Source of the DNA: Spirochaetota bacterium
GTDB lineage: Bacteria; Spirochaetota; UBA4802; UBA5550
Direction of reading: 5' to 3'
Assembly: GCA_041749375.1 (NCBI GenBank)
Contig: JBGTBN010000035.1
Span: 7,016-71,015 of the forward strand
DNA length: 64,000 nt
Below, in pieces: positions 33,679 to 41,396 of the stretch. The position numbers and the translations under genes were made by a program. Positions within the stretch are counted from its first letter, which is position 1, and each line of letters opens with the position of its first letter. The notes beneath the pieces are model-generated. The model saw only the letters and a list, made by a program, of their open reading frames with translations, did no database searches and was not told the origin of the DNA.

Positions 33679-34854
33679 ATGAACTACGATATGACACCTG
33701 ACCAGATATCGATAAAAGAAAACTTTGCGAAGTTCTGCAGCAAGGAGATCGAGCCGCGCGCGCAGATGCTCGACCAGGCATCCCACGACGATGTTAACAA
33801 GCTCATCAAGGAGAACATCAAGAAGCTCGCCGACATCGGTTATCTCGGCATGGGCCACGAGGAGGCGTACGGCGGGACCGACGTGGAGCTCATCGGCCAG
33901 GCCATAGCCGGCGAAGAGGTGGCCAAGGCCTGCGCCTCGACCTTTCTCTCGTGCGGCGCCTCGTGCGGCCTTTTTGGCGTGCCGGTCAGGCTCTTCGGCA
34001 CGGACGAGCAGAAGAAGAAATACCTTCCCGGCATCATCAAGGGAGAGATCATCGGCTGCTTCGGCCTGACCGAGCCCGAGGCGGGCAGCGACGCCGCCGC
34101 CATCAAGACGAATGCCGTCAAGAAGGGAGACTCGTGGGTTATCAACGGGACCAAGACCTTCATCACGAATGCGACCATCGCGGACGTGGCACTCGTCTTC
34201 GCCTACAACGACCGCGAGAAGGGACCCGGCGCGGGCGTCACCTGCTTTCTGGTTGATAAGGGCACCAAGGGGTTTTCGGTGAGCAAGCCTTTTGACAAGA
34301 TGGGCTTCCGCGGATCGCCCACAGCCGAATTAATATTTGAAGACTGCGAGGTAGCAGAGAGCGCGGTACTCGGCAAAGTCGGCGCGGGCTTCATCCAGGC
34401 CATGCAGACCCTCGAGTACGGCAGGATCGGGATGGCCACGGTCTGCCTGGGCATCGCGGCCCAGTGCCTCGACCAGGCCAACAAGTATTCCAAGGAGCGC
34501 AAGGCATTCGGCAAGCCGATCAACCGGTACCAGGAGGTATCCTTCAAGCTCGCGGACATGATGATCATGTCAGACGTAGCGCGCCTTCTGATCCACCAGG
34601 CGGCATGGGCCAAGCAGACGAAAAACCCCGAGGCGGCGATACTGGCTTCGGTTGCGAAGGTGTGGGCCTCCGAGGCAGCGACCCAGATCTCCAGCATGGC
34701 AGTGCAGGTCCATGGCGGATACGGCTACATCAGGGAGTTCCCGGTGGAGCGGCTCTACCGGGACGCCAAGCTCGGCGAGATCGGGGAGGGCACGTCCGAG
34801 ATACAGAGAATCCTCATCGCCAAGGACCTGATCAGGAAGTACGGCGGGAAATAA
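33679..34854 (+). CDS. Acyl-CoA dehydrogenase
   Basis: CFGLTEPEAGSDA, VHGGYGY and EIGEGTSEIQ (catalytic Glu present). Confidence 0.9.
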   Translation: MNYDMTPDQISIKENFAKFCSKEIEPRAQMLDQASHDDVNKLIKENIKKLADIGYLGMGHEEAYGGTDVELIGQAIAGEEVAKACASTFLSCGASCGLFGVPVRLFGTDEQKKKYLPGIIKGEIIGCFGLTEPEAGSDAAAIKTNAVKKGDSWVINGTKTFITNATIADVALVFAYNDREKGPGAGVTCFLVDKGTKGFSVSKPFDKMGFRGSPTAELIFEDCEVAESAVLGKVGAGFIQAMQTLEYGRIGMATVCLGIAAQCLDQANKYSKERKAFGKPINRYQEVSFKLADMMIMSDVARLLIHQAAWAKQTKNPEAAILASVAKVWASEAATQISSMAVQVHGGYGYIREFPVERLYRDAKLGEIGEGTSEIQRILIAKDLIRKYGGK

Positions 34855-34863
34855 TCACGCATG

Positions 34864-34902
34864 CGATAGGTCCGCCCCGATTTTATCGGGGCGGACCTAT
34901 CG
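34864..34902. repeat. Palindromic hairpin CGATAGGTCCGCCCCGAT-TTT-ATCGGGGCGGACCTATCG (ATAGGTCCGC family)
   Basis: 18-bp perfect stem 10 nt after the ACAD stop. Confidence 0.75.
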
Positions 34903-34931
34903 GAAGATTCAATAATATAAAGGAGACAACC

Positions 34932-35366
34932 ATGGATTATCAACTGGGCAAATCGTATGACGAAATCAATGTGGGCGACAAGGCGTCGTTCTCGAAAACT
35001 GTTACTGAAACCGATATCGCGCTGTTCGCGGCGATCACCGGGGACTTCAACCCGATGCACATGAACGAGGAATTCGCGAAAAAAACCCCTTTCAAGACAC
35101 GGATCGCGCACGGCGGGATCCCGCACAGCCTCATCGCCCCGGTATGGGGAACGCAGCTTCCCGGCCTGGGAACCGTGGCCCTCGAGATCAAGACGCGTTT
35201 CAAGGCCCCTACCTATATCGGAGACACGATAACGGCTACCACCGAAGTCGTTGAGAAGCTTCCGGAAAGGAAATGGATAAAGATGAAGCTGACCTGGACG
35301 AACCAGAAGGGAGAAACCGTGGGCGTGGGCGAAGGTCTCGTCATCCCGCCGCCGAAAATCGGGTAG
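34932..35366 (+). CDS. MaoC-like (R)-specific enoyl-CoA hydratase, single hot-dog
   Basis: AGGAGA SD. FAAITGDFNPMHMNEEFAKKTPFKTRIAHG is the MaoC dehydratase motif. Confidence 0.85.
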   Translation: MDYQLGKSYDEINVGDKASFSKTVTETDIALFAAITGDFNPMHMNEEFAKKTPFKTRIAHGGIPHSLIAPVWGTQLPGLGTVALEIKTRFKAPTYIGDTITATTEVVEKLPERKWIKMKLTWTNQKGETVGVGEGLVIPPPKIG

Positions 35367-35400
35367 GATAGCATCTTCATCTAACGCTGAAGACCGGAAT

Positions 35401-35560
35401 TCACCTCGCCCCCCTCTGTCCCGCGCCGATCGCTTTTGGGACATCCTGTCCGCGATCGGCGTTGCGACCTCCTGGCGGGAACCCCTCCCACGGTGAGAGG
35501 GGGGAGGACAATGGGCATCCCCCTTCTCCTGCGGGGAGAAGGGGGATTTGGAGATGAGGT
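35401..35560. repeat. C/G-rich multi-hairpin intergenic repeat
   Basis: GCGCCGATCGC...GCGATCGGCG (35423-61) and CCCCCTTCTCC..GGAGAAGGGGG (35519-45). Same flavour as 22471 and 27203. Confidence 0.55.
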
Positions 35561-35767
35561 CGTTGTGCTGTTCCCGCTAATATATATAACAAACTTATTC
35601 TTCTCAAAAAAAATCTGCAAGTTTTAATAATATTCCGCATTTGTGCTTGACGTAAATAGTAAATATTTATCTATTGTAAATATTAACAATTACTAAATAT
35701 ATACAATGGCAACTATTTACAAAACGATGGCCGGTGCGTGTATCCGGGCCGGTTCGGGGACGGCGGG

Positions 35768-36310
35768 ATGAACCTCGGGTCAATAATCAGAAAACGAAGG
35801 AAAGAGCTCAAGCTGACCATGAAGGAAGTGGCCGAGCGGGCGGGAATTTCCGAGGGGTTCCTGAGCCAGATCGAGAACAACGTCAACTCGCCCTCGGTCG
35901 AAACGCTCCGTAACATCTGCGGCGCCATCGGCATCAACGCGGGAGACGTGCTGAACCAGGTGGAAAAGCAGGACCGGTTCGTGGTGATACGGAAGGGGGA
36001 CTGGACGGAAATCGATATTCCGCATTCGGGATTTGCCACGAAGCGTTTTTTCTCTCCGGACAACCGGACCGTCGTCGATACGGCCATACTCACCCTCAAG
36101 AAAGGCACGTCAATACCGGTCCGGAAGAACATACGGAACAGCCAGGAGCTCCTGTGCGTACTCAGGGGGAAGGTCGAGCTTGAGCTGGGCGAGGAACGGA
36201 TACCACTGGCCGAAGGCGATGCGATCCATTACTGGTCAAACCCGGCCCGCCAGAGGATCATCGGCATGAGCGCAGGGAACTCGGTTGTGGCATGGATGGG
36301 AACATTGTAG
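35768..36310 (+). CDS. XRE-family HTH plus cupin-domain transcriptional regulator
   Basis: HTH IRKRRKELKLTMKEVAERAGISEGFLSQIENN. C-terminal cupin block with G..I.L.EGDAIHY. Confidence 0.85.
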   Translation: MNLGSIIRKRRKELKLTMKEVAERAGISEGFLSQIENNVNSPSVETLRNICGAIGINAGDVLNQVEKQDRFVVIRKGDWTEIDIPHSGFATKRFFSPDNRTVVDTAILTLKKGTSIPVRKNIRNSQELLCVLRGKVELELGEERIPLAEGDAIHYWSNPARQRIIGMSAGNSVVAWMGTL

Positions 36311-36388
36311 GCGGGGGCACATGGCCCCGTTTGCATGAAGTAATAATAAGTTTCACATAAGATTTTAATAAAAAGAGGTGTTTGGTTT

Positions 36389-37825
36389 ATGATTAAATTC
36401 AGCGACAAACAATTGGCAATTCCCAAATTGATGAGGCCGGTGTACCTTGTTACAGCCGGACAGTCAAAGTTCGACAGGGCGTTTCCGGACAAGCGTACGG
36501 AAGAGCTCTGCGTCGATGCGCTCGTGCAGGCGGCGGAGATGATCAACCTGTCCCCGGCCGAGCTCAAGAGTTACATTCACACTTGCTACTATGGCCACTT
36601 CGCCGACCACTTCGGCGATCAGCTGCTGGGCGAGTCCGTCATACACGACCGGCTCGGTCTCGACCCGCTGGGCAACATCGGCGTGAAGACCGGCGGCGCA
36701 ACCGGCGGCTCCACCCTGTGGGAGGCCGTGAAAGCGGTTGCCTCCGGTTACTCCGACTGCGTCCTGGCAATGGGCTGGGAACGGATGGACGAGGTTCCCA
36801 CGGATGAGGGAAACTTCTACATCTCCTGCGCTGCGGACAAGGACTGGGAAGGACCCCTGGGCCACATCTACACCGGGTACTACGCCGTCATGGCGCAGAA
36901 GTACTGGAAAGTGTTCGGCAAGGAGGAGGAGTCCTTCCGCCGCACGCTGGCCGAGATTTCCGTGAAGCACCACGGGTACGCGCGCATGAACCCGTACGCG
37001 CAGGCTCCGATGAAGATCACGGTGGAGGACGTTCTGAACTCGCCGGTGGTGGCCTATCCGCTGCGGGCGCTTGACTGCTGCGTCATGAGCGTCGGCGCTG
37101 CCTGCGCGATCATCTGCGATGAGGCGACGGCGATGAAGCTGACCAAGAACACGAAGAACAAGCCGCTCCGGATATGGGTCACCGCGGGATCGCACACCCT
37201 GCGTCCGGCCGACCGGCGCGACATGGAGATACCGCTCCTCCCGAATGAGTCTGCGGACCAGTACAAGGACCTGGCGAAGAAGTTCCCCGGCGGCGAGCGT
37301 TACCCGGGCTTCACCGGCTTCCTTGCGGCGCGGATGGCGGCATACTACGCGTACAACCAGGTCGGCATCAAAGATCCGACCGAGGACCTGGATGTCATCG
37401 AGCTCCACGACGCTTTCACCATCAGCGATGTGCAGACGTATGAGGATATCGGAATCCGGCCCTACGGGTACGGGCGCGACTATGTCGAGTCGGGTGACTG
37501 CTACCACACGAACCCGAAAACCGGCAAGCCGGGCAGGCTTCCCTCGAACCTCTCGGGCGGCCTCATCGGTTGCATGCACTCCGTCGGCGCGACCGGCATC
37601 ATGCAGGTGTTCGAGATAGCCCTTCAAATCTGGAACCGCTGGGCAGAAGTGCATGGAGATGATAAGATATGGAAGAAATTCAACCGGCAGAAGCCTGCGG
37701 ACTGGACGGATCTCCAGGTCAAAGACGCTAAGAGGGCATTAGCCATCAGCCACGCCGGAGTCGGCTCTCACGTGACGTGTACTATTCTGCAGAACCCAGA
37801 TCATCTTATTAAAAAGGACGCATAG
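36389..37825 (+). CDS. Thiolase-fold protein (large, 478 aa) without a Cys nucleophile loop
   Basis: GVKTGGATGGSTLWEAVKAVASG, AMGWERM, and NLSGGLIGCMHSVGATG (His retained). Confidence 0.85.
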   Translation: MIKFSDKQLAIPKLMRPVYLVTAGQSKFDRAFPDKRTEELCVDALVQAAEMINLSPAELKSYIHTCYYGHFADHFGDQLLGESVIHDRLGLDPLGNIGVKTGGATGGSTLWEAVKAVASGYSDCVLAMGWERMDEVPTDEGNFYISCAADKDWEGPLGHIYTGYYAVMAQKYWKVFGKEEESFRRTLAEISVKHHGYARMNPYAQAPMKITVEDVLNSPVVAYPLRALDCCVMSVGAACAIICDEATAMKLTKNTKNKPLRIWVTAGSHTLRPADRRDMEIPLLPNESADQYKDLAKKFPGGERYPGFTGFLAARMAAYYAYNQVGIKDPTEDLDVIELHDAFTISDVQTYEDIGIRPYGYGRDYVESGDCYHTNPKTGKPGRLPSNLSGGLIGCMHSVGATGIMQVFEIALQIWNRWAEVHGDDKIWKKFNRQKPADWTDLQVKDAKRALAISHAGVGSHVTCTILQNPDHLIKKDA

Positions 37826-37838
37826 AGGAGGAATTACA

Positions 37839-38429
37839 ATGAGCCAAATAGGACAGGTATCCGTCAAGAACGGACAGTACAAGATAAAAGGCGACTTTCA
37901 CCATCTCGAGCTGGGCCAGCCGATCCGCATCGCGGACGACAACTGGCGGCTGATCGGGATCACCAATCCGCGGCAGCTGACGCACATGCATTCCTACGGC
38001 GGGGAATCGGTCTTCTTCGAGTCTCTCAGCCAGGGAAAGCTGATGGCAACAAGGTGCGACAATCCCAAGTGTGAAACCAAGGGGTCCATCTTCCAGCCGT
38101 TTCGGATCCATTGCCCGGAATGCCTGAGCAAGATGACGCCGATCGACATGACCGACATAGCGAAGAAAACTGCGAAGGTCCACACCTTCATGGTGTGCGA
38201 ACGTTCCGGGGCTTTCAGCCTGCTGGACAAACCGATCAAGTTCATCAATGTCGAGTTTGACGGCGTGTGCACGATCCTGATGAGCTACCTTGCGGTGGGT
38301 GACCCCGCATTCGGGATGAAGGTCGTGCCCTGCTTCAAGAGACAGGACCCCACGTTCACGATCCTGGACCTCTGCTTCGTTCCCGAGGGGACCAAGGTGG
38401 ACCAGCTGCCCAGGGGGTTCTCGTACTAG
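37839..38429 (+). CDS. DUF35 Zn-ribbon/OB-fold protein with an N-terminal extension
   Basis: GGAGGA SD. CDNPKCETKGSIFQPFRIHCPEC followed by an OB-fold. Confidence 0.8.
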   Translation: MSQIGQVSVKNGQYKIKGDFHHLELGQPIRIADDNWRLIGITNPRQLTHMHSYGGESVFFESLSQGKLMATRCDNPKCETKGSIFQPFRIHCPECLSKMTPIDMTDIAKKTAKVHTFMVCERSGAFSLLDKPIKFINVEFDGVCTILMSYLAVGDPAFGMKVVPCFKRQDPTFTILDLCFVPEGTKVDQLPRGFSY

Positions 38430-38520
38430 CCTCGCAAACGTTTGCGGGGTTATCGGTCGGAATGTTATCGCGAACGGAGCGCCGTCCTGATAGGTCCGCA
38501 AGCGCTTGCGGACCTATCAG
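38430..38520. repeat. Two palindromic hairpins of the AAACGTTT / ATAGGTCCGC family
   Basis: CCTCGCAAACGTTTGCGGGG (38430-49), and a perfect 34-nt palindrome CTGATAGGTCCGCAAGCGCTTGCGGACCTATCAG (38487-520). Confidence 0.75.
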
Positions 38521-38606
38521 GGCTCCTCGCAATGACAGGCGGACGGCACTGCGGCCATACGGTAAAGATAGAACGAGAGATATGCGGTAACATTGGGAGG
38601 ATAACT

Positions 38607-39764
38607 ATGGATTTTTGGCTTAATGACGAACAAAAAATGCTCCGGTACAATGTCCGGGAGTTCGCGGAAAAGGAGATCAAGCCGAAAGCGCAGGAGCTTG
38701 ATGAGAAGGAGGAGTTCTCCTACGATATAACGAAAAAAATGGCGGACCTTGGCCTTTTCGGAATCTACGTTCCGGAAGAGTGGGGGGGGGCCGGCATGGA
38801 CTACCTCTCCTATTGCGTCGCGGTCGAGGAGATTTGTCGTATCGACGGGTCGCACGGCGCCACGGTGGCAGCGGGCAACTCCCTCGGCATAGGGCCCATC
38901 TATTACTACGGGAGCGAGAAGCAGAAGCAGGAGTGGCTCCCGCGGCTCTGCAAGGGCGAGATACTGGCCTCCTTCGGCCTCACCGAGCCCGAGGCCGGCT
39001 CCGACGCGGGCGCGAGCAAGACGAACGCGAAGCTCGAGGGGGGGCAGTGGGTCATCAACGGCAGCAAGATCTTCATCACGAACTCGACAAGCAAGATGGC
39101 CGGCGTGTGCACGGTGCAGGCCATCACCGCTGCCAAGCCGGATGGCAAGAAGGAAGTCTCCTGCATCCTGGTCCCGAACGGGACGAAGGGCTATACCCAG
39201 AAGAAGATGACGAAGAAGATGATGTGGCGCGCGTCGGACACCGGCGAGCTCTACTTCGACGACTGCCGCGTGCCGGAGGAGAACCTCCTGGGAAAGCGGG
39301 GCGAGGGTTTCCACCAGATGCTGCAGACCCTGGACAACGGGCGGCTGGCCATCGCGGCCATGGGCCTGGGTGGTGCGCAGGGAGCCTACGAGCTGGCGAT
39401 GAAGTACGCGAAGGAGCGGAAGCAGTTCGGGAAACCGATCTCGACGTTCCAGGTGAACGCGTTCAAGCTGGCCGACATGGCCACGGAGATCGAGGCGGCG
39501 CGCAATTTATTGTACAAGGCCTGCTTTCTTAAAGATCAAAAAAAGCCCTTCGGCAAGGAAGCGGCCATGGCCAAACTTTACTGCTCCGAGGTGATGGGAC
39601 GCGTCGTGGACGAGGCGGTCCAGCTCCATGGCGGCTACGGCCTGATGAAAGAGTATAACATCGAGCGCTTTTTCCGCGACTACAAGCTCCTCACCATCGG
39701 CGAGGGCACGTCGGAAGTGCAGCGGATCGTTATCTCGAGAAAGATAGGGTGCTACGACGAGTAG
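38607..39764 (+). CDS. Acyl-CoA dehydrogenase
   Basis: GGAGG SD. FGLTEPEAGSDA, LHGGYGL and TIGEGTSEVQ. Confidence 0.9.
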   Translation: MDFWLNDEQKMLRYNVREFAEKEIKPKAQELDEKEEFSYDITKKMADLGLFGIYVPEEWGGAGMDYLSYCVAVEEICRIDGSHGATVAAGNSLGIGPIYYYGSEKQKQEWLPRLCKGEILASFGLTEPEAGSDAGASKTNAKLEGGQWVINGSKIFITNSTSKMAGVCTVQAITAAKPDGKKEVSCILVPNGTKGYTQKKMTKKMMWRASDTGELYFDDCRVPEENLLGKRGEGFHQMLQTLDNGRLAIAAMGLGGAQGAYELAMKYAKERKQFGKPISTFQVNAFKLADMATEIEAARNLLYKACFLKDQKKPFGKEAAMAKLYCSEVMGRVVDEAVQLHGGYGLMKEYNIERFFRDYKLLTIGEGTSEVQRIVISRKIGCYDE

Positions 39765-39794
39765 AAGGCAGCACGCATACGGGAAATGAATGTC

Positions 39795-39824
39795 AAAACG
39801 GCGCACAGTGTGCGCCGTTTTTTT
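39795..39824. terminator. Bidirectional Rho-independent terminator
   Basis: AAAACGGCGCAC-agt-GTGCGCCGTTTTTTT between the convergent ACAD gene and the cytochrome c gene. Confidence 0.85.
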
Positions 39825-39857
39825 ATCAATGCGATGCTCCGGGAATGCGGGCGGAGC

Positions 39858-40271
39858 CTAGTGTTTGCCCGGGGCCAGCTTGATCCCTCTCCGCTCCCAG
39901 TGAATATACGAAAGGATCGCGACCATCTCCTTCGAGTCAAGCGCGAGCGCCTTGCCTTCAAGGGGATTGATAATGCACCAGTTCACCATCTCGTCGAGGC
40001 CGACGACCCTGCCGAGCTGCTTCTGGAATTTCGGATATGTTTCGGGGTGCGTATTGGCCGCATTCGGATGGCACTGGGCGCAGGCGACCTGGTTGGTGCC
40101 CAGTTTGAAGGTCGCCGAGTTTTCCCAGAGCTGCCGCCCGTACTTAACGGCCGCGTCAAACTCCTTCTGCCACCGCGCGGCGTCCTCCTTTGTAAAGGTA
40201 TCGGCTTTGAGATACCCGCACACCAGCAGCAGGAGGGAAATTATCACCGTTGTTTTCTTTATCATGGCCAC
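39858..40271 (-). CDS. Periplasmic monohaem c-type cytochrome (SoxA/TsdA-like pattern suspected)
   Basis: Signal peptide and a single CAQCH. The tail GRVVGLDEMVNWCIINPLEG..SKEMVAILSYIH resembles SoxA-type cytochromes. Confidence 0.8.
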   Translation of the reverse strand: MAMIKKTTVIISLLLLVCGYLKADTFTKEDAARWQKEFDAAVKYGRQLWENSATFKLGTNQVACAQCHPNAANTHPETYPKFQKQLGRVVGLDEMVNWCIINPLEGKALALDSKEMVAILSYIHWERRGIKLAPGKH

Positions 40272-40281
40272 ACTCCTTGTA

Positions 40282-41385
40282 TCAATAATGGTCTTGCGCT
40301 ATCGTTCTCTTGTCCTGGTACTTCATGTCTTCCGGTTGCCCGGTTTTCTCGTTGTACCGCACCGTGCGGTTCTGGTTGTCCGGGAGTATGTAGTTGGCGG
40401 CTACTTTCCCGCTGTAGACATCGATGAACTGCCACCCGGTGGCGTCCCGTTCGAAGAAAGGATCAGCCCGGTTCATGGGGACCGTCAGGACGGGAAGGCT
40501 GCTCTTCGCCTGCGCGTATGACTGCGGATAGGGCCAGGGCCAGGCCGTCGCCATCACCGCATTAAATGAGATGGTGCCGATCTGGTTATATTGGATCTGG
40601 TGGACATGGCCGTATATGACGTTGACCTTGTTGAATGGTTTGAGAAGGGCTTGTATCTGTTCTGCTTCCTCTGTCCAGAAGTTCCACCCCTTGTAGATTT
40701 TCTGGAGGGGCGAGTGGGAAAACACTATAACGGGAGTGTTTTTATCCAGCTTCGCGAGGTCCTGCCTGAGCCACTTCATCTGCGCCTCGCCCACCATGAA
40801 GGGCGAGCCGTTCGGGTTGTCCAGCCCCGCCATCTGGTTCATGCGTTCCTCCGCACTAGGCCACTTGTTGATCCACTTGTCATACGTCAGGACGCTGTTT
40901 AAAACCACAAAGTGGACTCCTTTATGGTCGAAGCTGTAATACTGCCTGCCGAAGAGTTTTTCCCAGTACGCGCCCATGTCGAGGTAGTAGTCATGCTCGC
41001 CCATGACATAGCGTGTTTTATATTTGCAGGCAGACATGATCTCGGCGCCGTGGTCAAGCTCCGCCTTTTTGCCGAGCTGGCCCAGGTCGCCTCCGAACAT
41101 GACGAAATCAGGTTTGGGCACGAGCAGGTTCGCCTCCGCCACAGCGCGCTTAAGCCCCTGGTCCCAGTTGCGCACGAACTTGTTCCCTTCTATCTGCTGG
41201 ATGTGAGCGTCCGATATGTACGCGAACGTGAAGTCCGGTTTCGCGCTTTTCTCAACGCCCGTCTTCTTGCCGGCGGCCTCTTTTTCGCCGAACGCGACTT
41301 TGACCAGCGTTAACGGCAGAACCGCCATGGCGGCCCCGATCGCGCTCCGTTCCAGAAATTTCCGTCTGCTTATATCTCGTGACAT
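40282..41385 (-). CDS. Tat-exported calcineurin-like metallophosphoesterase
   Basis: Twin-arginine signal SRRKFLERSAIGAA. Motifs ISDAH, GGDLG, GEHDYY, FSHSP and GHVHQ. Confidence 0.85.
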   Translation of the reverse strand: MSRDISRRKFLERSAIGAAMAVLPLTLVKVAFGEKEAAGKKTGVEKSAKPDFTFAYISDAHIQQIEGNKFVRNWDQGLKRAVAEANLLVPKPDFVMFGGDLGQLGKKAELDHGAEIMSACKYKTRYVMGEHDYYLDMGAYWEKLFGRQYYSFDHKGVHFVVLNSVLTYDKWINKWPSAEERMNQMAGLDNPNGSPFMVGEAQMKWLRQDLAKLDKNTPVIVFSHSPLQKIYKGWNFWTEEAEQIQALLKPFNKVNVIYGHVHQIQYNQIGTISFNAVMATAWPWPYPQSYAQAKSSLPVLTVPMNRADPFFERDATGWQFIDVYSGKVAANYILPDNQNRTVRYNEKTGQPEDMKYQDKRTIAQDHY

Positions 41386-41396
41386 TATCGGGCTCC

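Noticed and set aside
34464-34931. 5' extensions of ORF-track entries (for example 34464, 6036, 6667, 10828, 19808, 27242, 29025, 38442, 3257)
   Set aside because: The extensions overlap the upstream gene or intergenic repeats, have Arg/Gly/Pro-rich non-native composition, and lack an SD. In each case an internal ATG with a good SD matches the expected family N-terminus.
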